Positions 17,489 through 27,002 are shown, counted from the stretch's first letter. The stretch: DNA of 47,877 nucleotides from an uncultured Gammaproteobacteria bacterium (GCA_964567645.1 CAZMNE010000001.1:1-47877), one strand, 5' to 3'. The notes: generated by a model from the letters alone, not told the origin. Program-made: numbers and translations.

Positions 17489-19966
17489 TTATAATTCCTC
17501 TATAAATTTTTGATCTATTAAATTAAGTAATTGACTTTTGGAGGCTGGATAATCTCGATCAAAACGCCTATTAAAATTACTATAAGAAAGAAAAACTTGT
17601 TGTTTGGCTCTAGTTAGAGCTACATAAAAAAGGCGTTTTTCTTCTTCTATATTATCACTTCTAAATAATGGAAAATTACCTTCATTTAAGCCTAATAAAA
17701 ATACATAATCGAATTCTAGGCCCTTAACCTGATGGATTGTTACTATTGGAATTTTGCCTTGTTCTAGTCCTAAAAAATCAATATTTTTTACCAACCCAGA
17801 GAAGTGGATTAAATTATGTAAAGAAGTTTTAATAGGCAAAGAAGCATCATCTCTTCCCTGAAAAAAGGTTTTTAAAGTCTGGAAAGACCTATCTCTTTGT
17901 TCGAAGTTTTTATCTTGATAATAATATTGTTTTAGTCCGGATTCTTTCCACAAAAATTCTAACATTTCAGCTGGTCTTTTTTTATCTAATTCTTTTTCCC
18001 AATTATTTAAATTGGAACTAATATTTATAAACTTATTTTTAAATTTATTCCACAAAGCAATTCTTTTTTCTATTCCAGTTTTTAATATTTTTATTAAATG
18101 TATTAGCAAATCGATAGTGGCAGCCACATCATCATCAGCGCTATGAGTAGCACTTTTAAAATTTAAATGCTTGGCAATATTACTTAACTTATAACTATCT
18201 AAATTCAAAAATCTTCTAGATAAATCCAAAGTATCATAATAATTTTTGAAATCAATATCAATTTTATATCTTTTTGAATTTTCCTTAATCATGTTTAAGT
18301 CGAAAATTACATTATGACCAGAGATAATAGAGTCTCCAATAAATTCTTTTAATTCTTTTAATATTTTTTTTGGATCTTCGCCCTTCTCTTTTAAAAATTC
18401 ATCACTAATTTTATGAACAAAATAAGCCGAACCGACTGACTTAGTATTTTTTAAGTAATGATGAAATTCTTGACCTAATTTACCATTAATAATTTCTCTA
18501 GCATAAATCTGAACTATTTCATCGGAAGCCGGATTAATACCAGTGGTCTCTGTATCTAAAACAACAATTCTACCATTATCATGTTGTTCAATCAATTGAT
18601 TATACGGCTCTATAAAATTATAATTTTTAAAACTAAGAAAGTCTGATAAATTTAAACCACATTCTCGGCCCTCCTCATTAATTTTATTTAAAGTTTCTTC
18701 CCCAATATTTTTAGCTGGTCTCTCAATTAGTCTTTTGGCGGAAAATAAATCTGATTTATTGATTAATATTTTTAAATAAGCAAATATATCTTTTATCTCT
18801 TGTCGTTTAAAAAAATCATATTGATCAACTGTTAAAAAAGAAATATTATTTTGAGAAAATATTTGAGCCACTTCCCCAATAGCTCGATTAGTTCTATTTA
18901 AAACAGCAATTTTAGCCTTAGGATTGTTTTCTTTAATTTTCTTAATATTATCTATAGCCCACAGGACTTCTTCAGAAAAATTATATCCCCTAAATAATTT
19001 AACACATTTGTCTCCATTTTTTTTATCATAATCTTGTCCGTAGTCATTTAATTCCTTGGTTTGAGAATTTTCCATATTACCTAGAACTGATAAAAAAGCT
19101 TTTATTAAATTGGGGTTAGATCGGTAATTAATTTTTAAGGACAATTCTCTGACTGGAGCAAAATGTTTTTTAAATAATTGAGCAATAAAGATTGGACGTG
19201 AGTCTCTAAAACTATAAATAGTCTGATCAATATCTCCAATAAAAGAAATATTTTTATGCTTTTTCGCTAATTCTTTAATTACCAAATATTCAGATAAATG
19301 AGTATCTTGAAATTCGTCTAATTGAATAAAACGAAAACGATCGGACCATTTGCCACTAACCTCCTGATTAAAAACTAAAGTTTTTAAAGTTAATAAAACT
19401 AATTCGTTAAAATCTAAAGCATTTTGTTTCAATAATTCTTCTGAATACTGTTCGCTAAAATTAATCAATTCGGGTTCCAATTCTTTAATCTTGATATTGT
19501 GTCCCATTTCTGACTGTATCAAAGATATTCTATATTTATAAATAGATTCTAAAATATTATAGATATCGCGATTATTTTCAATAAATATTTTTTTATCTTT
19601 AGCCAAAATATTTTTAGCAATATCAATCTGCTCATCTTCGTCTATAATTATAAAATCAGGATTTATTTCTATATTTTTTGATTCAGCTTTAATAAAATAA
19701 GCACAGAAACCATGAAAGGTATTAATAGACAAAGCATCATAATCATTTTTATCATCAATTCTTTCCTTGATTCGACTTTTCATTTCCTCCGAGGCTCTAT
19801 TAGTAAAAGTTAAGGCTAAAATCTCACTCGGTTTTATTCCCTCTTCCATAGCCCTGACTATTCTTTCGGTTAAAACTGTAGTTTTTCCAGTTCCAACTGG
19901 AGCATTAATCAAATAAGACCCAAAGACATTATTGATGATTTCTTGTTGTTCTTTATTGAAAGTCAT
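17489..19966 (-). CDS. UvrD/PcrA-family SF1 helicase with inserted DnaQ-like (DEDD) 3'-5' exonuclease domain
   Basis: Likely start is MTFNKEQQEII at 19966; the track ORF extends to 20200. Helicase motifs APVGTGKTT, LALTFTNRA, QLDEFQDT, YRSN, VTIHQVKGLEFDYVF, YVALTRAK. Exonuclease motifs VVLDTETTG, SGHNVIFDLNMI, HSADDDVAAT at 18083-18571. Confidence 0.85.
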   Translation of the reverse strand: MTFNKEQQEIINNVFGSYLINAPVGTGKTTVLTERIVRAMEEGIKPSEILALTFTNRASEEMKSRIKERIDDKNDYDALSINTFHGFCAYFIKAESKNIEINPDFIIIDEDEQIDIAKNILAKDKKIFIENNRDIYNILESIYKYRISLIQSEMGHNIKIKELEPELINFSEQYSEELLKQNALDFNELVLLTLKTLVFNQEVSGKWSDRFRFIQLDEFQDTHLSEYLVIKELAKKHKNISFIGDIDQTIYSFRDSRPIFIAQLFKKHFAPVRELSLKINYRSNPNLIKAFLSVLGNMENSQTKELNDYGQDYDKKNGDKCVKLFRGYNFSEEVLWAIDNIKKIKENNPKAKIAVLNRTNRAIGEVAQIFSQNNISFLTVDQYDFFKRQEIKDIFAYLKILINKSDLFSAKRLIERPAKNIGEETLNKINEEGRECGLNLSDFLSFKNYNFIEPYNQLIEQHDNGRIVVLDTETTGINPASDEIVQIYAREIINGKLGQEFHHYLKNTKSVGSAYFVHKISDEFLKEKGEDPKKILKELKEFIGDSIISGHNVIFDLNMIKENSKRYKIDIDFKNYYDTLDLSRRFLNLDSYKLSNIAKHLNFKSATHSADDDVAATIDLLIHLIKILKTGIEKRIALWNKFKNKFINISSNLNNWEKELDKKRPAEMLEFLWKESGLKQYYYQDKNFEQRDRSFQTLKTFFQGRDDASLPIKTSLHNLIHFSGLVKNIDFLGLEQGKIPIVTIHQVKGLEFDYVFLLGLNEGNFPLFRSDNIEEEKRLFYVALTRAKQQVFLSYSNFNRRFDRDYPASKSQLLNLIDQKFIEEL

Positions 19967-19971
19967 AATTA

Positions 19972-19980
19972 TGTTAAAAT
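19972..19980 (+). promoter_or_regulatory. extended -10 element TGTTAAAAT directly upstream of rnhB
   Basis: TGnTAAAAT ends 8 nt before the rnhB ATG (19989), implying a leaderless or near-leaderless transcript. It lies inside the 22-nt gap between divergent genes. Confidence 0.3.
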
Positions 19981-19988
19981 AATTAAAT

Positions 19989-20615
19989 ATGAATTTAGAA
20001 AAAGAAAAAGAATTGTTTAATAATGGCAATAACTTAATTGCTGCCATTGATGAGGTTGGTCGTGGACCATTGGCTGGCCCAGTAGTTAGTGCTTGTGTTA
20101 TTATTGATAAGAACTTTGAAATAACTCCAGAATTAGAAAAAGTAAGAGACTCTAAAAAATTAAGTGCTAAAAATCGACAAGAGCTTTTTTCGATTATCAA
20201 AAATAACGTTAAAGCTGTGGAAATTGGGGTTTGTAATCATCAAATAATTGACAGGGTTAATATTTTGCAAGCTACCTTTATTTCTATGCAGAAAGCCTTA
20301 TTAAAAACAAATCTTAATCCTGACATTATTCTAGTTGATGGAAAATTTACTATTCCAAAAATTAAAATTTCTCAACAAGCTATAATTTCTGGAGATAATT
20401 CTATTTTTAGTATTGCTATGGCCTCTATTATTGCTAAAGTCAGTCGAGATTTTATGATGGAAAAATTTCATCAACAATATCCTCAATATGGCTTTGATAA
20501 ACATAAAGGGTATGGAACCAAATTTCACATGGAAATGATTAGTCTTTATGGTCCCTGCCCTATTCATCGACTCAGTTTTGCTCCTTTTTCTATTAAACCG
20601 GAAAAAATTAAATAA
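19989..20615 (+). CDS. rnhB: ribonuclease HII
   Basis: IAAIDEVGRGPLAGPVV catalytic motif, DSKKLS, ASIIAKV. 208 aa. Confidence 0.92.
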   Translation: MNLEKEKELFNNGNNLIAAIDEVGRGPLAGPVVSACVIIDKNFEITPELEKVRDSKKLSAKNRQELFSIIKNNVKAVEIGVCNHQIIDRVNILQATFISMQKALLKTNLNPDIILVDGKFTIPKIKISQQAIISGDNSIFSIAMASIIAKVSRDFMMEKFHQQYPQYGFDKHKGYGTKFHMEMISLYGPCPIHRLSFAPFSIKPEKIK

Positions 20616-22062
20616 TAACCTTTTGTATTCTCTTTAAGCTTTTTTCTTTTCCCAGGGCCCAAGCTAATTCAAAGGGACTAGGGCTATTTTTTTGTCCCGA
20701 CAAAGAAACTCGAAGTGGCCAAAGATAGTCACCATTTTTTTTATTATTTTCTTTTAAATATTCAATAATTGTTTTTTCTAAATATTCTTTATTCCAATCA
20801 TCTTCTTTAATATTATCAAATATCTGATAAATTTCTCTTAAATTATTTTTAACTTCTTCAATGGTTAATTCTTTCCAAATTAATAAATTTTCCTCATAAG
20901 CAATTTCTTCTATAAATAAATAATGAGTTAAGCTGGCGATATCTTCAATCTTTTTTAATCTATCTCGGCTTATCATCACCACTCTGTCAATTATTTCATT
21001 TTTAGTTTCTTTGGTAATTAGGCCTTCTTGTAATAAATATGGTCGACACAATTCTCTTAATCCTTCAATACTTCTTTGACGGATATAATGCCCATTTAAA
21101 TAATCTAATTTTTCTAAATCAAACACAGCCGGAGAAACACCCATTCCTTCAATTGAAAATTTCTCAATAATTTCATCGAGCGATAAAATTTCTTGATCAT
21201 CCTTGGGATGCCAGCCCAATAAGACGCAGAAATTAATGATAGCCTCTGGTAGATAACCCTTTGTTCGATAATCCTCTACAAAAACGTCCCCCTGTCTTTT
21301 ACTTAATTTTCCACCCCCTTTGTTTAGTATTAGTGGTAAATGAATGTATTTAGGCATTGTCCAGCCAAAAGATTTATATAATAAAGCATTTTTTGGGAAA
21401 CTAGCCAACCATTCATCACCTCTAGTAACATGAGTTATATTCATTAAATGATCATCAACTATAGCCGCAAATTGATAAGTTGGAATCCCGTTAGATTTTA
21501 TTAAAACATGATCGTCTAAGTCATTTGATTTAAAAACGATCTTACCTCGAAGTTCATCATAAACCTCCACGCAACAATTAGTTGGAATTTTTTGTCTAAT
21601 GACATATTTTTCTCCATTTTTTATTTTTTCAGCTACGGCTTCTTTAGTTAGATGTCTGCAATGGCCATCATATTTAGGAGCTTCCTTATTAGCCTGCTGT
21701 TTATTGCGCATCTCTTCTAATCTTTCTTCGGTGCAAAAACAATGATAAGCCTCTCCTTTATCTAATAATTCTTGAACATATTTTTGATATATATCTAATC
21801 TTTGAGTTTGAACGTATGGACCATAATCACCTCCAATATGAGGACCTTCGTCAAATTTTATCCCTATCCAACTTAAAATATCTATTAAGCTATTAACTGC
21901 CCCTTCGACTTCTCTTTTTTGATCAGTATCTTCAATTCGCAAGATAAAAGAACCATCCAAACTCTTAGCTAATAAATAACCGAACAAAGCAGATCTTAAA
22001 TTGCCGATGTGTAAAAATCCAGTTGGCGATGGAGCGAATCTTAATCTAATGTTTTCATTCAT
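20608..22062 (-). CDS. gltX: glutamyl-tRNA synthetase
   Basis: RFAPSPTGFLHIGNLRSAL (HIGH) and KLSKR (KMSKS). 484 aa. Its 3' end overlaps the rnhB 3' end by 8 nt (convergent). Confidence 0.93.
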   Translation of the reverse strand: MNENIRLRFAPSPTGFLHIGNLRSALFGYLLAKSLDGSFILRIEDTDQKREVEGAVNSLIDILSWIGIKFDEGPHIGGDYGPYVQTQRLDIYQKYVQELLDKGEAYHCFCTEERLEEMRNKQQANKEAPKYDGHCRHLTKEAVAEKIKNGEKYVIRQKIPTNCCVEVYDELRGKIVFKSNDLDDHVLIKSNGIPTYQFAAIVDDHLMNITHVTRGDEWLASFPKNALLYKSFGWTMPKYIHLPLILNKGGGKLSKRQGDVFVEDYRTKGYLPEAIINFCVLLGWHPKDDQEILSLDEIIEKFSIEGMGVSPAVFDLEKLDYLNGHYIRQRSIEGLRELCRPYLLQEGLITKETKNEIIDRVVMISRDRLKKIEDIASLTHYLFIEEIAYEENLLIWKELTIEEVKNNLREIYQIFDNIKEDDWNKEYLEKTIIEYLKENNKKNGDYLWPLRVSLSGQKNSPSPFELAWALGKEKSLKRIQKVII

Positions 22063-22081
22063 ATTTATATATAATTAATTT

Positions 22082-23401
22082 TTATTTTTTTCCTAAAATA
22101 TATTCTTTAAATTTGGCAAAAAATATTTCAGCGCCTTTTTTTCTTAGCAAATGAACTTCATTTACTAAATCAGTGGCCTTAACCCATTTCCAGTCAGAAT
22201 GGTCCCAATAATTTATCTTAATATCACTATTATCGCCTTTAAATTCAGCTAATAATAAACTTTGTTTTTGCCCTTTAAATCCATAACGTCCTTTCCTGTT
22301 AGACTTATATTTAAATAAATTTTTATATATTTTTTTAGGAGTAAAATTAGTCACACCCAATTCTTCATATAATTCCCTACTACCAGCTAATTTTATTTTA
22401 TCCGATTCTATTCCTCCTTGAGGTAATTGCCAATGACCTGGCTCTTCACTTCTTTCTACTAATAATATTTGATAATTTTCTAAGGGATCCCGAGTCTTGT
22501 TTTCTAAAGCAATATAAGGAATATTAAATTTTCGATATAATACACAGGCAACGTTTTTTCTATAAAACAAAGGAGAAATAAATTTCCAATAAAAAAATTT
22601 CCAAGCAAAAACTAATACTGCTTGATACATTCTTTTATATCTCCAAGGCTGTCTAAAAAATCTCCATAACCACTCCAGCCCTATTCTTCTCATAATTTTA
22701 GGAGCTCGTTTAATTTTGCCTGTTAAAAAATCTAAAGCTCCGCCAATACCTATAGCTAATTTTATAGAAGTTATTTTTTTAAAATTATGCCAAATAAATT
22801 TTTCTTGATAAGGAGCACCAAAATTACAAATTAAAATATCGGGCTCAAATTCTAATAATTTGTTATGAACTAAAAAATCTAATTTATCATTTATTTTTTT
22901 TTCAATTTTTTTGGCAAATCTAGTAAAAAGATTATTTTTTCTCCAATTAAAATTAATAAGCTCTTTGGGTTGATTATTGATACTATAACTCAAATCACAA
23001 TCTTCTATTAAGAATTTTAAATTTGGATATCTATTGGATAAAGCGATTGATATTTCCGAAGAAGAAGATAACCCATTTTTATTATTAATAACTAAAACTT
23101 TCTTTTTTCTATTTTGAGCAATTTCAAAAATATCTAAAATAGTATCAGCCCCAGTAAACCTATTTAATTTTTTACCATTTAAAAAAGCAGCAATCTTTAA
23201 ACCAAAACCATCAGCCAGAGATAAATCAGCTTTATTTAAAATATAAAAAAGCTCCTCATCCTTAGAGGCTTTTAATATTATTTCGGGATTGGGTGTTACT
23301 ATATAATTTTGCTTATCAGAGTCTAAAAAATCATTAATTTTTAAAAATAACTCCTCCCTATTTAAATTATTATCAATATCAACTCCTAAAATGTTAATCA
23401 T
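22082..23401 (-). CDS. fusion protein: WecB/TagA/CpsF-family glycosyltransferase plus C-terminal Nudix hydrolase domain
   Basis: The N-terminal 250 aa carry TagA-family patterns (PNPEI, LSLADGFG, NFGAPYQEKFI, GIGGALDFLTGKIKRAP, GLEWLWR). A hydrophobic linker follows. The C-terminus has a Nudix box-like PQGGIESDKIKLAGSRELYEELGV. Confidence 0.75.
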   Translation of the reverse strand: MINILGVDIDNNLNREELFLKINDFLDSDKQNYIVTPNPEIILKASKDEELFYILNKADLSLADGFGLKIAAFLNGKKLNRFTGADTILDIFEIAQNRKKKVLVINNKNGLSSSSEISIALSNRYPNLKFLIEDCDLSYSINNQPKELINFNWRKNNLFTRFAKKIEKKINDKLDFLVHNKLLEFEPDILICNFGAPYQEKFIWHNFKKITSIKLAIGIGGALDFLTGKIKRAPKIMRRIGLEWLWRFFRQPWRYKRMYQAVLVFAWKFFYWKFISPLFYRKNVACVLYRKFNIPYIALENKTRDPLENYQILLVERSEEPGHWQLPQGGIESDKIKLAGSRELYEELGVTNFTPKKIYKNLFKYKSNRKGRYGFKGQKQSLLLAEFKGDNSDIKINYWDHSDWKWVKATDLVNEVHLLRKKGAEIFFAKFKEYILGKK

Positions 23402-23546
23402 ATATTTAATATCTATTTTTATTGATTATATAATAAATAAAGTTTTTAGTAAACCTACCTATTGACAAAATATTTTTTTTGTAGTAAGGTTGGCACAAAA
23501 ATAGTTCCTAAACAATTAAAATAAGTTTCACTAAAAATTAGAAATC

Positions 23547-24683
23547 ATGAAGAAAACGTTGTTTTTTGCGGTAATCGCAGTATTATTAGGATCTTTAGCC
23601 ATCCTTGGCAGCTCGTGTCAAAAAGAGTTAAATCGGCCAGAAATGCCGAACATTATGATGAGTTATAAAAGAACAGTAGATGGTGAGGTTATCACCGAAA
23701 GACAGGCCGTAGCTAATGGTCAGGTAGTTTTTTTGCCAGATTCAACGCTAAATGGCGCCTTTTGGACTGATCCGCTTACATCAGTAACCTGGACCTTATC
23801 GGGCCCACAAACCGGAGAATGGACTTCGGATCAATTGACAATTCAGTTTATGTATACCGGAACGTATACACTGGCAATTTCCTCTTTTGGAGTTGATTGG
23901 AGTATAACAATTATTGTTGGTGGAGATCCAACCGCTTCGCAAGTTGGAACTAGATTCGTTGGTTCAACATTTGATGGAACCATGTTTCATTATACATTTA
24001 GAATAAATCGTCCGATTTATGTGTTGGACGATGACATTCTTTTTCGTATAACCGAATTGGGTGATGATGTTGATGCTACTTATCTTCCACAACTAGATGG
24101 TGTTTCTTTTGTTGGAACGGATAGCATTGATATCACATTTGCTTATCCACCTAGCGGAAACGAAGCTTTAAATGTAAAATTCATTGCTGGCCGCATGGAA
24201 GGTACGGATCCGGTTTGGTTTAACGCCGATCCGGACGATCCTTACAAATGCCAAGATGCCCCACCGGCATTAACGGACATCTTGCAGGCCAATTTAAAAA
24301 ATGGCTTAGCATTACCTCCGGGAGAAACATTTGTAACTCCAATAGGAGCTTCAACTTCTTCAGCTGATTACGGCGAAGATTTACCCATTGTTTTAATGTC
24401 TGTAAATCCTGGAACTGGATTACTTCATTTATGGTTTTTTACTTTAAGTGAGAGCCCGGTATTTCGTTATAAAACAGATGATGACGAATTAGGTTTTACC
24501 GAGATGACTCCAACCTCGGCTGGAAGTGGTTATTGGCATGTAGCCCTACCACTGGCCCCAGCAAATGGATATTATACCTTTGATTTCGGAACCGGCACTG
24601 GCCTAACATTTGTTCAGGATCAATTCGTTTCCCAGTCAACCCTGTATTACATACCAACCAGCACATTAAAGCTTCATTTATAA
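23547..24683 (+). CDS. lipoprotein-type exported protein, compositional outlier, possible PKD/Ig-like domain
   Basis: MKKTLFFAVIAVLLGSLAILGSSC signal with Cys. Protein rich in T/G/D/P/A and poor in K/N/I, unlike its neighbours. VTWTLSGP..YTGTYTLAIS resembles a PKD-type fold. Confidence 0.7.
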   Translation: MKKTLFFAVIAVLLGSLAILGSSCQKELNRPEMPNIMMSYKRTVDGEVITERQAVANGQVVFLPDSTLNGAFWTDPLTSVTWTLSGPQTGEWTSDQLTIQFMYTGTYTLAISSFGVDWSITIIVGGDPTASQVGTRFVGSTFDGTMFHYTFRINRPIYVLDDDILFRITELGDDVDATYLPQLDGVSFVGTDSIDITFAYPPSGNEALNVKFIAGRMEGTDPVWFNADPDDPYKCQDAPPALTDILQANLKNGLALPPGETFVTPIGASTSSADYGEDLPIVLMSVNPGTGLLHLWFFTLSESPVFRYKTDDDELGFTEMTPTSAGSGYWHVALPLAPANGYYTFDFGTGTGLTFVQDQFVSQSTLYYIPTSTLKLHL

Positions 24684-24701
24684 GTTTTAAATATGCCGGC
24701 A

Positions 24702-24728
24702 AAGCCCTTCAACAAGAAGGGCTTTTTT
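24702..24728 (+). terminator. rho-independent terminator
   Basis: Stem AAGCCCTTC (24702-24710) / GAAGGGCTT (24716-24724), loop AACAA, followed by a T-run. Confidence 0.8.
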
Positions 24729-24742
24729 ATTTTCTAAAAATC

Positions 24743-24751
24743 TGTTAAAAT
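24743..24751 (+). promoter_or_regulatory. extended -10 element TGTTAAAAT upstream of corA
   Basis: TGnTAAAAT lies 38 nt before the ATG at 24789. No good -35 element. Confidence 0.35.
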
Positions 24752-24788
24752 TAAATTATAAATATCTCTAAAAAATAAAAAAATTATT

Positions 24789-25760
24789 ATGGATAATTTT
24801 GAACAAATATCTAAAAAAATTAAAGTCCTTACCATAGACAATCCCCGAGATGCTAAAAAGATAAAATGGTATAATATTGTTAATCCCGAAAATAAAGAAA
24901 TCAAATATTTAAAAAAAGAATTTGATTTTGAGGACAAATATTTAAGAGCCTCTCTTAAAAAAATAACAGCCCAAAGACCAATTATATACCAAGGCAAAGA
25001 TTATCTTTTTGTAATTCTCCACTTCCCCGTCTTAAATAAAGAGCAACAAGTTGTGCCTGGAGAAATAGAATTTTTTATCGGCCATGGATATCTAATAACT
25101 CTTCATGATGGTAAAACTAAATCTTTAAATGACTTTTTTGATTATTGTCAAAAAGATACTATTTTTTTAGAATCATACAAATTAGAATCTTCAGCTATTT
25201 TATTATATGAAATTTTAGAAAAATTAATTCAAGATTCATATGAGTTATTAGATCAAAATAATATTGAAATAAACGAAGTTGAAGATATTATTTTTTCTCA
25301 AAAACAAAAAATAATTACTGCTCAACTATTAAAACTAAAAAGAAATATTATTAATATTCGTCGCATTATTCAGAATCATAAGAATATTATGAAAAAATTA
25401 ACTGAAATGAAAAGTAGTTTGGTTTCGGAAGAAAAGATTATTAATTATTATGATAACCTAGCTATTCACAGTCAAAGGATTTGGGAGTTTTCTGAAACTC
25501 AAAAAGAAATTATCGACTCTCTTCATGATACCAGTGAATCAATTACCAGCGATAAAATAAATAATATTATGAAGACCTTAACAGTTGTCTCTGTTATTTT
25601 AATGCCTTTAAATTTGATGGCCTCTATGCTGGGGATGAACTTAGAACCCAATCCGTTAAAAACCAGAGATGGAATTTCTGATTTTATTGTTATATCAATA
25701 TTCATGTTATTATTAGGCTCAATTATGTTAATATTTTTTAGAAGAAAAAAATGGTTATAA
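24789..25760 (+). CDS. corA: CorA-family magnesium/cobalt transporter
   Basis: Soluble N-terminal domain, two C-terminal TM helices with the signature GMN loop (MLGMNLEPNP). 323 aa. Confidence 0.85.
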   Translation: MDNFEQISKKIKVLTIDNPRDAKKIKWYNIVNPENKEIKYLKKEFDFEDKYLRASLKKITAQRPIIYQGKDYLFVILHFPVLNKEQQVVPGEIEFFIGHGYLITLHDGKTKSLNDFFDYCQKDTIFLESYKLESSAILLYEILEKLIQDSYELLDQNNIEINEVEDIIFSQKQKIITAQLLKLKRNIINIRRIIQNHKNIMKKLTEMKSSLVSEEKIINYYDNLAIHSQRIWEFSETQKEIIDSLHDTSESITSDKINNIMKTLTVVSVILMPLNLMASMLGMNLEPNPLKTRDGISDFIVISIFMLLLGSIMLIFFRRKKWL

Positions 25761-25792
25761 TGATATAAAAATTCAAAAAATTTTCTTGACAG

Positions 25793-25817
25793 AACCCCAT
25801 ATTTTATGGGGTTTTTT
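25793..25817 (+). terminator. rho-independent terminator after corA
   Basis: Stem AACCCCAT (25793-25800) / ATGGGGTT (25806-25813), then TTTT. Confidence 0.75.
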
Positions 25818-25833
25818 ATTTTTGTTATAGCTA

Positions 25834-25862
25834 TTGACATATTTTAATAAATATGATATAAT
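25834..25862 (+). promoter_or_regulatory. consensus promoter TTGACA-17 nt-(TGa)TATAAT for the glycosyltransferase gene
   Basis: TTGACA 25834-25839, 17-nt spacer containing TG at 25854-25855, TATAAT 25857-25862, 20 nt upstream of the ATG at 25882. Confidence 0.6.
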
Positions 25863-25881
25863 ATGAACATAAAATAAATAT

Positions 25882-26988
25882 ATGAAAATATACATAGTAG
25901 GACAAAAAGGAATACCAGCTGTTGGTGGCGGAGTAGAAACTCACGTTGATAATTTAGCTACTAAACTGGTTAAATTGGGATATGAGGTTAATGCCTATAC
26001 TCGCTATAATTATACTGACAAAAAATTAAAAGAGTATAAAGGAGTTAAGCTTATTTCCCTTCCCAGCGTTAAATCTAAAAATTTAGATGCTATTAGTCAT
26101 ACATTTTTAGCTTGTTTAGATTTTGTCTTCAAACGGAAAGCTGATGTTATACATTTTCACTCTATCGGACCATCTTCTTTAATTTGGTTAGTAAAATTAT
26201 TTCGCCCTAGAGTAAAAGTGATATTCACTTTTCATAGTCAATGTTATTACAATACTAAATGGGGTAAATTAGCTAAATCATATTTAGCTTTAGGAGAAAG
26301 AATTGGCTGCAAAATGGCTGATGAGGTTATAGTTGTCTCAAAAAGTTTAAAGAAATATGTAGAAGAAAAATATAATCGTTCAGTAAGTTATATACCTAAC
26401 GGAGTTAATCTACCTAATATAGTAAAGGCTGATAAAATAAAAACAAATTGGGGATTAGAAAAAAATTCTTATATAACCTCAGTTTCTCGTTTAGTAAAAA
26501 ATAAAGGTTTGGAATATTTAATTGAGGCTTACAAAAACTTAAACACTGATAAAAAATTAGTAATAGTTGGTGATGGTGATTATACTGATAAACTAAAAGA
26601 ATTGGCTAGAGAAAATAATAATATAATATTCACTGGTAGACAAAGTGGAGATGTTTTGAATGAATTATATTCCAATGCTGCTTTGTTTGTTCAACCCTCA
26701 GAAGCTGAAGGACTATCTATTTCCCTATTAGAGGCTGTTTCATATAAATTACCAGTACTAATAAGTGATATTGATGCTAACGTTGAAGTTATGGGCGAAA
26801 ATGCTTTTTCATTTGTTAATAAAGATGTGGTTGATTTGGAAAATAAATTAAAACTATTTTTAAATGGAGACAATAAAGAAAGTCTTGACAAAAATTTAGA
26901 AATGGTGTATAATAAAATGTTGTCTGAATATAATTGGAATAATATTATAAATCAGACAATAGATTTATATCAAGGTTCTTCCAAATAA
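25882..26988 (+). CDS. GT4-family (GT-B fold) glycosyltransferase
   Basis: N-terminal GGVETHV pattern and C-terminal FVQPSEAEGLSISLLEA (E-x7-E) motif. 368 aa. Confidence 0.85.
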   Translation: MKIYIVGQKGIPAVGGGVETHVDNLATKLVKLGYEVNAYTRYNYTDKKLKEYKGVKLISLPSVKSKNLDAISHTFLACLDFVFKRKADVIHFHSIGPSSLIWLVKLFRPRVKVIFTFHSQCYYNTKWGKLAKSYLALGERIGCKMADEVIVVSKSLKKYVEEKYNRSVSYIPNGVNLPNIVKADKIKTNWGLEKNSYITSVSRLVKNKGLEYLIEAYKNLNTDKKLVIVGDGDYTDKLKELARENNNIIFTGRQSGDVLNELYSNAALFVQPSEAEGLSISLLEAVSYKLPVLISDIDANVEVMGENAFSFVNKDVVDLENKLKLFLNGDNKESLDKNLEMVYNKMLSEYNWNNIINQTIDLYQGSSK

Positions 26989-27002
26989 GATTATTTAGAT
27001 AT

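Noticed and set aside
19967-20200. 78-codon N-terminal extension of the helicase ORF in the track (start at 20200).
   Set aside because: The extension is antisense to the conserved rnhB 5' coding region and has no helicase similarity. The conserved helicase N-terminus (MTFNKEQQEII..APVGTGKT) begins at the Met at 19966.
24734-24997. 87-aa minus-strand ORF overlapping the corA 5' end.
   Set aside because: It is antisense to corA and runs into the terminator of the upstream gene, with no motif. Likely spurious.
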